A stretch of DNA of 52,655 nt, filler included, from Sphacelaria rigidula (GCA_964200075.2; 4 parts of 4 records of this genome joined end to end with filler, not necessarily neighbours in it); one strand, 5' to 3'; counted from the first letter of the whole stretch, positions 23,094 through 36,700 are shown. A program made the numbers and translations. The notes: a model not told the origin generated them from the letters alone.

Positions 23094-26068
23094 ATGTCGG
23101 CGCTAGCTCATGTCGCGGAAACCCCGGGCCTGCTGCGTGCGTGCACGGCGTTTCAAGACGGCGACACGTTCGTAAGATACGAAGACGGTGACGCTGCCGC
23201 AGCTCAAGGTCACCTGAGCTTGCTCAAGTTACGGCGTGAGCTTGCTCAGGGGAAGAATGGACCGGTTGATGAGCGGCGTGCGTTTACACATGACTCGTCG
23301 CGAACGCGCGCGGCTTTATCGTTGGAGTGCCGCGCGTCGGGGCCAGAAGCGGAGCAAGTGGTGCCTGATCTGAGGTACACTTCTAGCGCTGCCGATGGTG
23401 CAGCAGCAAATGGCCACCTGGAAACCTTGAGGCACGTATGCAGGACTGTGATGCCAGGTGCAATCCTGCATGCTTTGTGTGGTCAAGCAAATAAGACGGA
23501 TGATCCTTTTGCTTGCAGCAAAATATGTCCCCCCGAACTCTGATGAACATGGATGAAATAAAATTAACCAGCGCTGCTTTCACCGTAGGAGTGCGACTGT
23601 CGATATGAAATGGCACTTTATTTTTTAGCCAGGATCGCAGAGTTTCCCTCAAAAGTTCGCGCTGCAATTTTTTAAGTTGGCCTACGCAAAAAATAGCTAG
23701 AGTAAATTCACGCTTTTTTGTTTTAGTGTTTTCATTCTGAGATGCCCGCACCTCAGGTGGCTACTGGAGGCCAGGAGTGAAGGATGCACGGAAGCCGCTG
23801 TAGACGGTGCCTGTTGGAGTGGCCACGAAAATGTCGTGCGCTGGCTCATGTGTGATGCGGGGAAAGTAGGATCGGAGCGAGCCCTCGACTATGCTGCCTC
23901 GACGGGTAGAATTGAGGTGAGTACACTGGAACTCGTGTACCATTTGGCTAGGCAGCGACCGCGTGATTCTCTGGAGACCTCACCCGTCATATGGGCTGTT
24001 GGTTGATGTCTCGAGAGCGGAGAGCTTGTCTCGACTATCACCAGGATTGGTCAAGGAATTGCACCGCATCCTTTGACTGCTTCCAGCACATGCTTTCCTT
24101 GTTGCTGCCGTGTATCGTGTACCCCTGTCACAACCTCCGCGTGAATGGTCCTCGCTGCCTTTTTTGGCGCTTGTTGTTAGCTGGTGGAGTTTCTTCACGC
24201 TTGGGGGGTGCCTTGTACAAGGCAGGCGATGGACGGGGCAGCCGGAGGGGGGCACTTGAAGATGGTTCAATGGCTGGCGAAACACCGGCGAGAGGGATGC
24301 TCCTCGGCGGCATTTGATATGGCGGCCGCAGAGGGTCATCTGAATATCATCGAGGTAGTGGCGGCCGTCGGGGGAGATTAATAAATGGTTGAATTGCGCT
24401 TGGGCGGGCGGAGGTCATGCGGCGAGGACTTTCAGTCGATCATGTGACATACGTGCCTATGTCGAGTCTACTCCCCTTTCTTGTCAGTTGTTTTTCTGCT
24501 TTTCTTCGTGACCTGCGACCTGGAGCGGCTGCCTATGCTCTTTGCTCGTGCCTCATGATTGTGTACGCACGTGATGTCCTACGCCCATCGCGTGTGAAAC
24601 TGCATCAGTGGCTGTCGGACGAGGGTCTCCTCCGGTGCTCATCCACGGGCTTGGATAACGCTGCTGGGGGTGGCCACGTCCATTTGCTAGAGGTTGTAAG
24701 CCAGTTGTAACCCAACTCGCCTTTGATCGCACCACAAACGTTGTCTGTCTTGCCGTGCCTAACGGGATAGTAGACGGAGGCGGTATGGAACGATGTCTGG
24801 ACCGTTTGTCCCGTCGGAATAGCTCTCCCGTAGCCATACTGGTGCAATACGAGTTCCCGCAGCGGGTTCTCAAACAGCTAGTTGGACGGCGAGTGGTCAG
24901 CCGTATATATGACCGCTGACCTCGGAGATGGCTACGTTTGCCGTGCGCTGCGCATACCTCGTGAGCACGCCGTGGCGCTCCGCCTGATGATAGTTATGTT
25001 GCATGCATCGACGTGTCGGTACGAGAGTATCTCCATCACCAGTTTCGCTAGTACGATTGTTTTTTGCGCGGAACAAATTTAGAGTGTCGACACAGCTTTA
25101 ATCCCGACTCCGCTCTCTTGACTTCCCAACGGTGCCTGTCTGTGAAATGTTTTTCGCCTTAATATTTCGCCGATACAACACCATTGACCGGATACAACGA
25201 CGAGAACGCCAGTGGAGCCTGAAAAACAAGCCGGATCACCAATGCACTACGAATGCGTATGGTCTGGCCGCTGCCCGCGGTCGCATTGAGACACTCCGGT
25301 GGCTTCGTGAGGCGATGCCGACTCTCGGATGCCCAAACTGGGCTGCAGAAAAGGCCGCGATCGCGGGTCATCTCGAGGTAAGCAGGAGGCGTTGGCACGC
25401 TGCGTGTAGCGCTGGTTCGGAATGTCGAGACCGGACTGAGGCATGCCATGTATCTTGTTTGTTCCCTGCTTAACAAAGAAAAGCTCATTTCTATGGACAC
25501 CTCCCCACCCCCCCCCCCCCCCCCCCCCCCCCCCCCNNNNNNNNNNAGCCGATGTCGGGCCGTCTCTTTTCTTTTTTTTTTCCCCCCTTAAAAAAAAAAA
25601 GGACCTTTTTTGGTGCCCCCCCCCCCCCCCCCCCCCCCCTATCTTTGTGCCACTGCTGCAATGTGGAATTTATATGCGCGCCCTTGGCGCAGCGCCAGAT
25701 AATCCACTTATAATTTGCACAAGTCTGTGTCAATCGTGAGCGCAGCCTTGGCCGGAGATGGCATTTGAAATCCCAGGCTTGTGCTACGTACGAAACCGAA
25801 GCAGTATAGTAGTTATTAGGAAAGAAAAGTGATTATTCGTGCAATATTTTTGAATTGTCGCCTTCTTCAGGTGATCAAATGGCTCCACGAAACGGGTCTC
25901 TGCGAGGCTGCTCTAGTCTGCCTGGACGAGGTGGCTCGCGAAGGGCGACTGGACGTGGTGATGTGGTTGAACGACAACGGAGCGCGGGCGACTCGGGCAG
26001 CTGTGGATCTTGCTGCCGAGGCAGGACACACGAGCATTGTGCTGTACCTGTTGGAAAACCGTCAAGAG
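23094..26068 (+). CDS. Ankyrin-like repeat protein; exons 23094-23431, 23757-23916, 24181-24354, 24609-24692 (or -24695), 25213-25377, 25871-26068; 3' end off-contig
   Basis: Repeated (A/M)DxAAxxGHLxxxxWL motifs in every exon; splice phases consistent; in-frame stop just upstream of ATG 23094. Confidence 0.9.
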
Positions 26069-26096
26069 GTGGGTTCTCCCCCCTCCCTCCCCCCCC

Positions 26097-26280
26097 GGAG
26101 TTGCCCAAGGATGTACGTTATCACCCACTTTGTTTAAGGTATTTATTAATGACTTGATAATAGCAATAAAAGCAGCAAAGCAAGGGGTTCCGGTGGGTGA
26201 AGATATGGTATCAGGATTGATGTTCGCGGATGATTTTGTTGGGATTTCAGAGACACCAGGAGGACTACAGACACAGATAG
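26097..26280 (+). mobile_element. Non-LTR (LINE) reverse transcriptase fragment
   Basis: GVAQGCTLSPTLFKVFINDL...GLMFADDFV motifs; runs into the contig end. Confidence 0.92.
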
Positions 26281-26380
26281 NNNNNNNNNNNNNNNNNNNN
26301 NNNNNNNNNNNNNNNNNNNNNNNNTTAATTAATTAANNNNNNNNNNNNNNNNNNNNNNNNNNNNNNNNNNNNNNNNNNNN
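26281..26380. other. Artificial contig linker
   Basis: Same 44N-TTAATTAATTAA-44N spacer. Confidence 0.98.
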
Positions 26381-27716
26381 GGCCCCAAGCCTACTGATTA
26401 TCTTGCATTTGGATGACAGCCTCCAATGCGTTGCTTTATTTTGTGGTATCGCCACTTCCAGAGACAGCCACGGCTCATACACTACCTCATGGGTGTCTAA
26501 TCGGGTAAATATGGAGGGGGGGAGGGCAGTATCCAGCTACGTGCTGGAGAAAAACTTTATATTGGGAAGCATGACAATCGCTGGATATTTCTCCTGCCTC
26601 CCCCCCCCCCCCCTCCCCCCCTCCAAACCACCAAATTTCAACTTCTGGGACCTCGGCATATTGGTTGGAATTAACGGGCAACCTCGGGTGAGGCGCTAGC
26701 TTCACATGACGGATATACCTCCTCTGTCCAGTAAGCACTCATCGTTAGATAGATTCCAACAGAGATATCATATCTGATTGTGATTTCCCATAGAACGTTC
26801 CGGATTAATCCCCGAAGGTTCAAGGGAATTCGTCCAGTCTGACAGGCGCGTGATAGAACACAGATGCCCCGAACTCAGCCGTGTTTCGGCCAAAAAAACG
26901 CCCCCCCATCACCTCAAAGACGGAGCAATTCCCACAAGCGTTTGTAGAGGACGTGCAGGATTGGACGGTTGAATACCGGATCAATGACCCCCTCGAGAAG
27001 TTTGAATGGCAGACAACTCGTGATCTGCACTGGGAAGTTCATGAAATAGTGGGTATTGGTGGAAGACGCAGGTCGTTGACAGGACACCTTCCCGGATTGC
27101 ATGTGTTTTGCCGAGGTAATGTGGAGTGAATCCCCGTTTTCACGGGGGGTGCCATTAAGTACAGAAGAGACCTGCGGACTAGATACGAGGACACGATGGG
27201 TCTAAGCCATCAGCTCTGGAAACGAAAACACGAAACTTCGCCAAAGAAACGGGGCTCAATCGTAAACCGCAGGCTAATTCATGTGTAATGCATTGAGAAA
27301 ATACAGAGTTGAGAAGGTCCATGATCACAACATTGAGCACCGGACTTTTTCTGTTCGCCATTTCTTAATAGCAGACGGACACTTCATATACCTAGCGTGT
27401 AGGTAGGTGGTTTACTTCTGGGCATTCCTCCCCTCCGAAACCTTTGCAATGACGGAACGCTTTCCCCAGTGCTGGCTTCGGCGGGGGAGTTTGGCAATCC
27501 ACAAATTTGCAAACATGTGACTTTCGCTAGAGAAACCCCGTCGCGAGATGAGAGGTGCTACACGCGTATTCTCAGGGTGAGCAAGACGTGTCCTTCGATT
27601 TCGTACGACTCACGATGACATGGCGTGTCTGATTTGCCCCGTGATGTCGGCACGTCGTTTGAATGGAACGCCTTCTTCCGACTAATATTTCCCAGAGGTA
27701 CGATTGCGTGTAAATA

Positions 27717-30700
27717 ATGTACGCATCCTCTTCGTTTACGGTATTTGACTCTACGAGGCTGATCGGAACGGAAAATGAAGATAGCGGTCTGCCAGGGGTG
27801 GGTACAGCCGCTGGGACGTCTGCAATGGGTTCAATTACAGCGGACATTCACGGGATGGTGTTCTTCGACATGGACGAAGACATTTGCATGATGCCTACCA
27901 CTGAAAATGACACCCAAGTCCGTCGGCCTCCTTCGCCAACATCACCAAAGGTACTGCCTGCCACCACGTTCGCATATATTCTATCAGGCTTTAGCTCAAT
28001 GCCAATGTTATGTGCACGTTTTCCAAGTATGGGCGCAACTCGTGCCTTGTTTCCCGATAGACAAAACCGGCTTCGCGCCTCCGCATCACTCGGCAACCTC
28101 GGTGCGAAGCACGTATGAGCAGCTGATGCACGTAAGACCGCTTCTCATCAGTTTTCGCTGCTGTGCCTGGTGCGTCTGCACACGTGTGCCGGCCTGTATT
28201 TTCAACCCTGCAGACACGGCGTTTTCCCCGGACGACATCGTCTGCTGACGGAGGTAATCAGACTTTTCGTCATGTGGAACGGAGGACACGGGGAAGAAAT
28301 CGGACGGGGATTCCCCTACCGGCACTTCCTGCAAAATCCGTTTCCCTCCACAAACAGAGGGACGTGCCTCCGGGCACAGATAGGCATATGGAAAAGGTTC
28401 CGGCCAAGAGTGCTGCGACACCAGGACAACTACAGGTGACGAAGTGGCATGGTCCGCTTGAGCCGATGCCAACCGACATCCCCGCGTCTGCCATCGAACC
28501 GCGTGGTGCGGAGCCGGACGCTGCCGACGTGTGTCTGGACTGGCGTACGTCGATGACGAGCGACGACATGGCGACCGGGGTGTGGGGTTCTGATGGGGCG
28601 ATAGGCTATGGTATCGAAAAGGGTTCGAGCGATTTGCTCGGGCCGGTAGACGTCGCCGACCCCACCGCCAACAGCCTGGGATCAAATGGCACCGCCTTTC
28701 TGCCGTGTTGCGCGGGTGGTGTCGCGCTCCTGGTCGGAGTATGTGTGGTGAAGAGGCTTTACCGTGGTGTGAATACATGGGTTCGTGCTGGCGAGAAAGG
28801 GGAACCTGAAACAGGAAAGAACACACGGGGAAAATTCGAGGGCACCCCGAAAACTTCCGCTTCGGTGCAGGCCGGGGTCACGGAGGTGAGGTTGGCATCT
28901 TACCACGCGATATGAATTAGGATTGACGTGGTGGTCGAAACTAGAGCTCAAGGATGTCCACAATCGACAGCGCGGAGATACGAGAGGGGCTGGTGTGGGG
29001 CGTGATGGTAGTCAATGGCGTTTTTGTTCAAGCCTCGCCGCCACTACAGGACTCATCGATCGTACGGCGGGGAATGAAATAGTAGATAGGAGGAAGAAAT
29101 ATCCACACAAAGCTGTAGTGTATCATACTGTCAACACCTTTACCAGCGTTGCCATCATGCGGCTTGGCCTTGAAGAGTATGCCAAGCGTACAGTCCATGA
29201 GGCAGGCAAAACCTTTCGGTTCCGTCGCTCCCGCTAACCTTGCCACACGAGAAGGAGCAGGATGACGCCGCCATGGCCAGCAAAGGAGGAGAAGCCGGGT
29301 TGGACGCGAAAGGCGGTGGCGCCACGGCCAGCGGCAGTGCTCCGTTACCCAGTGTTCGACGGAGGGTAGGCGGCCCGCTAGGCATGGGGCGTCGGACGTG
29401 AGTCTCAGCTAACAGTAGCGGTCGCGAGCCGAACGGTATCGACATCCACGAATAGCTGCTCGTCTTTATAACGTTGTCGTCGCCCAGTCTTGCGGTTCTG
29501 GTGTTGCGAAATGTTCGTGACGAAAATGCCCTTGGCGTAGGTTTGTGTCCACAAGCTCAGAAAAGCAGCGACCATGACCGCTGGGGAATATTTGTCCCAG
29601 TGAGCCAACGAACCGCTTGTACAGTACGTGTGTGTCAGTCTGTACTGTTGACCTTGTGCAGTGTTGACCATAGTACACCCTACCTACCGGCGTGCACAGC
29701 TGATCTCGATACGCGATCTGCCGTTTGTCCGTTTCACGACAGGGGGCTGAGTAATGACCAAGGACAGAACCGGTGCCATTTGCACACGGCGCTGCAGCTG
29801 CTGTTCCGCGATGCATACTTTTTTAAAACACTCGTCGGCCACTCGAAGGCGCATAATTTAGAAGACGGTGAGTCATGGGTGCTCTGTCGCAGGAACGATG
29901 AGACTGGTGTGAACGGGCACATGTGCAAGATATCTGTATTTATTTCGGCATAGGTACGATCTTCCACTGAAGGTGGGACTTTTAATCTTTTGTTTCGGAG
30001 CTTCGTGTGTCAAGGAGTAGACGTGGTGAGTATTGATCTTCGTTTTGATTCAACGAAATCGCGCTCAGTATTAAATGTGTACTAGTGAAGACAATGAGTT
30101 TGTGTCAAAGTCAGAAGCTCGCTAGTTGCGGAAGGAAGTCAGGCGAGACACTACGTGTCTAATTGTTATGCAGCAGTGTGACGCCACTCATTCGACACCC
30201 GATCTTTGTTTCGAGGCTTTAAAAGAGCGACGAAAATGGTCAACGAAGGAAAAACAGGAATAAGGTGGGAAGTAACACCTGACAAAAATAGAAGCACGCT
30301 GGGGCAATAAACAACGGCAGAACACGCGTAGTCGGTACACGGCGCTGCTCGTCCAGTCATTCGTCGAAAATACCTATCGCCACGCCAGGGACAAGATATG
30401 GCAACACCAGAAAGCATGTCCAACTCCAATAACCATTGCCTGCGTATAATATAGAAAGTAATATATCGTGTCTGGATAAATCGAATTGACTACCCGCCAT
30501 GCTTCGGGTCAAACCTTCGTTGGCACAGGATCACCCCATCGACGTCCACAAGCTAGTCTCGAAACTCCACGCGTGGATTGGCTATTGGTGGACATATTGT
30601 GTCCTCGAAATACTTGTACATCCGTTCGCCACTCCCCCAAGTTACCTTGAAACGAACAAAGTAGTATTTTCGATAATTCGGCCGTGGGCACTTAGTGTTA

Positions 30701-33700
30701 TCTGTTTCGGCCCGCCTGTTGATGTTTGAGGTAATGAGTCTTTCAGTGTGCTGGCAAGCTGACGAATCTCCTTGAGCCAGCACCTCAACAGTCAAGAGTC
30801 TGACACCGAAAACCAAAAGGCCGTCGAGTTACACCGTAGACTGCATATTAACGACTTTTGGACCCTGAAGGCTAACGCACCGCGTCCCGTCACTCGTGCG
30901 CTGCTCCACCGTATGACCCCGTGCTTCTCTATCTTCCACTCTCTGGGCGGAACTGTGCAGCGCCCTTCATGAAAACGTTGGCGACTCTTTTCAAGGTGGG
31001 TTATCCGGCGACCTGAGTGCGTATGCGAGCGCGCGCGTACGTTCCACGCGACAGGCTTGGCTTGAATCACTACAACATAGACGGCGTGTTACCGTAGTGA
31101 TAAACGCAGAAAAGAGCATCCCACCATAGATATAGTTCAATGCCCTTTACACAAGGTTTGTACCGCTACGCAAAAGCTATACCATTGGCAAACGCATGTA
31201 GCGCCTCATCATGCACTGCACCCTTTATCAGTGAATACTCTACATCACAGCTCACAGGGTAGATTGAGGTCGGCGCTGGTACGTAGTCACCAGTTGAGTC
31301 ATATACATACATACATACATACATACATACATACATACATACATACATACATACATACATACATACATGTATATGTGTATATCTCCCTACTGCATTTCCT
31401 CCTTCGTTATACTTCCAAGTGTCTCCGTTCCTGCAGACGGTTCTCTGATCTCGAGTGAGCCTGTCCCTCATCCGGTTCCTGTCGATGATGTACTATCGAT
31501 CACACTCCCACAGCCCGCCCACGTTCATAAACTTTCTGTCCTAACCCACGTTCATGGAAGTCAGATTCTGTGTATAGGAAGACCATTATGATTACACCGG
31601 TTGGGTCTTGAGCGCACGGAGTCTACCCGAACCGGCAGTTGGCATTCCTGTGTGACCACCGGAGCGTGTCGGGGCGAACTTGCACACAGCAGAACACCAC
31701 AAAGACAGCGTAGAACTGCACGATGACTACTGGCAATTTTGTTTTGTTGTGATCTTGGGCGATTGATGAACGATGATACAAGGTTTGTGTCAAATGCCGT
31801 AAATGACGTTGCCTCCCAATCAGCCACTGGCCGTGATTTCGGTTTTCTTGGTCGCTGCGCACCACCGACAATGAGTGTGGTGAACGTCCAGCTTCTGATA
31901 TACCTTGGTGGAAGTCGGTATAGCGGCACGGGTGAGCATAGTAGACAAGCAGCTAGCTCTCTTTGTTTGGGCGTTGGATGTGTCACGGCGCATCCAGCTT
32001 GCCGTGTACTCTGTGTGTTGTCAGTCGCACACCGTGGTACCAGCGTACTTATACGCCCCCTTCTAGTTGAAATCACACGGGAGACACGAACATGAGGCAC
32101 TGTAGTGTACCAGAATATAATATGTAGTATTGCCAACCAACTGATCAAATATTTAGCAGCTGGAATACTGGTTCGACCCCTCTTTTTTTTCTGTTCCTAT
32201 TTTTTTCTCTGTTTCCTTTTGTTTTTCTTCCTTAGAGCGTGTTTCAGCTTCGTTTTTCTTGGGTGCGTCTATCACGAGACCACGGCTGGACCCCTGAGGG
32301 GTCAGTTAAAGTGCGACAATCAATCAACCAACCAATCAATTACTGGTCAGATGCCGTGCTTCAGAGATGACTGTCTGATGTACACTCAAGATGGGATACG
32401 TTCGTCCTGCATTCATTCATAAACGTGAAACTAGACTCGACATTGTTCCCGTCTTTGCAATGTTTTCATCACTCAGGACATGGAGTACGGGGAAGAGACG
32501 AAGGTTAATGTCCCAGACGCAATCTTGGAGAAACTGGCTGCCTCGGCGACCAACGAGGTAGGTGCTGGGCATTAAGGGCCTCTCGTGTCAGTCTTGTCAT
32601 AATTTCTCCACAATACTCGCGGTATGGAAGGCGTACGAAGCGGGTCGGAGGAGATGAGTCGGTGTTGGCAGGCTAACATGGGCGCGATGTAAACGGTACA
32701 TCTCTCACACAGGTATGATTCATTGCAAGGGGATCTGGATGAAGTGGCAGTCTCGCCATATGCTCCAATACCTACTGCTCCTCCTTGGTGCTCTTCATGA
32801 TTCGCCTGTATTCAAAAGTACATACAAATACTGGGAGTACCATTCTGTCAGCGAACGTCTGATGGAATTAGAAGTGCCAGCTGAGCCTATTTGTTCATCC
32901 TGCGTTACTTGGTGCATTTCTTCCTGCAGTTTATCATTGGCCAGCAAGAGGACGTGGCGTCTACCTTCCTCGGTGTCCTGACGATCATCCGAGAGGAGGA
33001 GGGTCGATGCAAGGTGACAAGTAATGCCGACTAGTTCACGATTCCATACCTTGATTCGCTTCTAGACTCGCAAAAAAGATGTCAGACGAGCATCATTCCT
33101 CGGAGAACGTCTGATTGATACTGTACAGTCACAACGATTGGGCACAAAGAGGCTGTAAAGTGTCGATTGGTTGATTGGTTGGTTTGTTGTCGCACATCCA
33201 TTCACTGAATCGTATGCATGTGTCTATCCGGAGTTCACGTTGTCCCTGCCTCACTTTATAGTTTTTGTCGGTAGGCTGGAATTATGAATCCAAATATTCG
33301 TCTTCCGTGAGACATTTGGGTTTGTCGTTCCAACCTCTTGGCTACTGTTTCGCGTTGGTTCATACAGAGCACCGTCGGTCATCCTCGGAGGCCGACGGAT
33401 AGACTCCTCTGTGTCCATCCACGCTTGCAGGGGGTAGTCGCGAGGTACAGAGGTTGTTTCCTAGAGTATTTGTCTCCGATCGAACTAGAGTGGTCATAAG
33501 TCTCAGTTATCCCGCACACCGAGAGCGTAATCCTGTCACCCGACAGCACCCAGTACCGAGGACTCAACTACTTAATGCGCAAACCACCGCGCAATCAAAC
33601 CTCAGGGCCCATGGTGTGTATCTGGACGTAGCTGTGTTCGAAATAACCTTCGTGTACATACGCACATGTCTCGCAAATCTGGTTCACGTTAGTGCTGGAA

Positions 33701-36700
33701 ACTGAATTTGTTCGCCTCTCATGCGCGTTATTTAGTACATCCTACCCGTACTCTCGCTAAGTGTTTGATGTGACATCTTCCCCTCCCTTTCCCGCGTGCT
33801 ACCTGGTGCCCACTATACGTTTCTAGATCCGACCCTCTGTCGCCGCAAAGATGGGAGGAGGAACGCTTGTAACGAGCAGGTTCTACCACAACTGCAAGGT
33901 ACATGCGTTTACTTGTTGTGATTGGTGCTTTCACTGGTGTCAAGTCCTCAAAGCGCGTCGGGGGCGTCGTGTCTAGGTCGCCCGCTCGAGCACATTGGTT
34001 TGTGCCGTTGTTCTCTTCGTGTCTGCTGGCTTCAGGAAAACTGCCGTCAAGCTTCAAGCACGAGGTTGTGTGATTGATAGAACACGAATAATATATGATC
34101 GCCGCTTGGGTACCGTTACGCCCACATACAGCATTTCGTCCTCTCTCACGTAAGTGCGTACCTGTACTTGCAATTGCATCAGAGGGTTTCACGTCTGGCT
34201 TCATGTTATTTGAGTCACTCCAGGCTGGTGACATCGATGGGAACATGAAGTAGTTTGCAGGAGGGCTAACGGGCTGGGCCATTATCTCTCGCATCTATCC
34301 TCATGTGTATGACCTCCTGGTGTTTGAGAGTAAATTCGAGTCCTCTTGCGTGAAAAATGTCTGTCCCATCCTATCTGTCCCGAAACAGAACTTTATGAGG
34401 CATTTGCGCATCAGCAGGACGGCCGCTGTTTCTAGTAGTCTGGTCAGATTAGTCGATTTTTTGGTTGATCACCTGGTTGACCCGCTGTGAATCCAACCGG
34501 GGGCCAAGGTAGGGCTGGGGACTAGCAACAAATGTTTGAACCCTGCTGCTGATTTGCCTGATTCTCGACACCTAGTATGGCTTACGTTAAACTAGATGGA
34601 CTTGTTTCTCAACACAATGGCGGGCCTATTTTGCTGTTGGTTCTGTCGGCCGTAAACCATTGGTGGAGAAGAAGAAGGATCAGCGAGAGGATCCGCCTGA
34701 AGACATGCTCCGGGTCCCCGTTCCACACCTGAAGCACGGACAGAACGGCGTGCATTTGTCCTATTGCTTGAACCAGGTATGCGAAGTTGACTGCCGTTGT
34801 CGTGCGCCCAATATGGCAAGTTGAAGCTTCCGGTCTGTCACTCGAAAGGTTCCGTCGAAGAGTTGGAAAGCTCATGCAAAGCTTAACTTGGGAGTAGGTT
34901 CCTCCAGGTTCCGCGGACAGTCTTTCTCTTCGTTGGCTCAAGACCTCTTGCATCATTGCTGCTGCATACGTCGACCACAGGCGTTGGCCGAGGAGAGATC
35001 GAGCTCCGTTTGTGACGAGTGCTGGAACCCCTTGGAGGTGAGAGTGCGTATATTTTACATACATATATCGGCACATGCGTTGTTTTTTACTGCACAAGTG
35101 GAAGGGAGTTGAATCAAGATTCCAGGGTAGTGTAGTTCTAGGCGCCGCTTGCTTCCTCGACCTTGAGGTTTTGCCATTTTCTTCGGCTGCAATGTCGTCG
35201 TGCTGTGCCCACCGGGGGGTTGTGCCTGAACAAACGGAAACCCACGAAATCGACGAAAAAGGTACGAATGGAAATCATGCATCAGATCTGCATCAAACTT
35301 CCCCCGAATCCCAAGGTGAAACAGATGTCACTGGAACGACCGACAGGTTATTAGAACGTTTCGAAGTGTGTGTGTGGTGTCATCCCAATTATTCCGGACG
35401 TCGGCCTACACCCTTCGGTATATGTGGGCTCATCAACCAGGGTCACACAGGAGGAAGGCCCAACACAGGAGTTTTCATCTTTTATTTTAACTTTGTTTTA
35501 GTTCTCCACCTTCCTTCTGCGGTGCTTGCCTTCATCTTTTATCGCGAGAGAGTTCAGCGCTCCCTTCCCCTCGTCGACCGTTGAGTCGAACATTGTGCAC
35601 CCACGACATAGTCGCTCTCCACTGTTGGGCATTGTGTGAGGAAAAATCACATACCTCTCCGAGACTCGAACCCACCACCCAACCGTCAGAAGTTTCCTAG
35701 GTTACGAACTAAGCTACCCGGGCGACCGGCTCGAAGTACGCTATGGATAGGTATGGAGTGGAGGTGGACATCTGTAAAAAAACAAACGGTCATGACAGGT
35801 TCTTGGAAACCCCAATAGGCGTTCATCGGTCACGGTTCTCAAACAAAAAGCCGGAGTTTTTTTCCCGGTTACACCGGTTCACCGGGAAATCGATGTAACC
35901 GGGAAAAGGAGGCGTTATTATGGTGGTTGAATCATTTTTTCCGGTGAACCGGTTAAACCTGCTGAAAAGAACCGATCAAACCGGTTTGTTCAGGGAAAAA
36001 CGCCGCTTATCCGGTAACCGTTTTTTTCTCGTACCCGGTGCCCACCTCTAGTATCGTCCCGCACCTGCTTGGAGGTATGCGTCTACGATAACATAAGCCT
36101 ACTTCGTACATAAAACTCCCACACTTCGAGAGTGACGGCACACGGGAAATACTGTACTGAACGCCAGAAACAGCACCACAGAGAATTCCATTACCCAACA
36201 CACACGACAACACACGACAACAACGCCTCATCCACGTGCGCTTCAATGATTTCGAGGCGTTTTCCCTTGCTCATTGTTTTAAACTGGCTTTCCGGTGAAT
36301 CGGCTAAACCTGCTGAAAGAGCCCCGGTTAAACCGTTTTTTGTTTTTGAGATTAACGCCTTTTATCCGGCAAGTGTTTTTTTGTTTTGGTATCCGGTGTC
36401 CACCTCTTGTATGGAGCACGATCTGCGCGGTCAGCTTCAACTGTGTGACGGCTCTTCTGGCCATCGAAGCCCCGATGTCTCAAACCACGTGATATAGCGT
36501 GCCTACTATACTAGCCGTGTGCGGGTCAAGCCGTATACCACCGTCGCAGCGGATTCTCCGCCGGAGTACAAGAAGAGGAGAACGCTACTTCGAGTTCTCT
36601 TTTTTTCCCGACAACGACCTTGCTGCTGCGTGTTGTGTCTGCGTTCCACGTGGTGCCGTTTCACACTCCAACGTGTCGAGTACTCCCCGGTGTCGACAGC

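Noticed and set aside
25495..25640. Poly-proline ORF and duplicated poly-C tracts (similar at 39375-39468)
   Set aside because: Homopolymer runs around Ns, typical of low-quality sequence at gaps.
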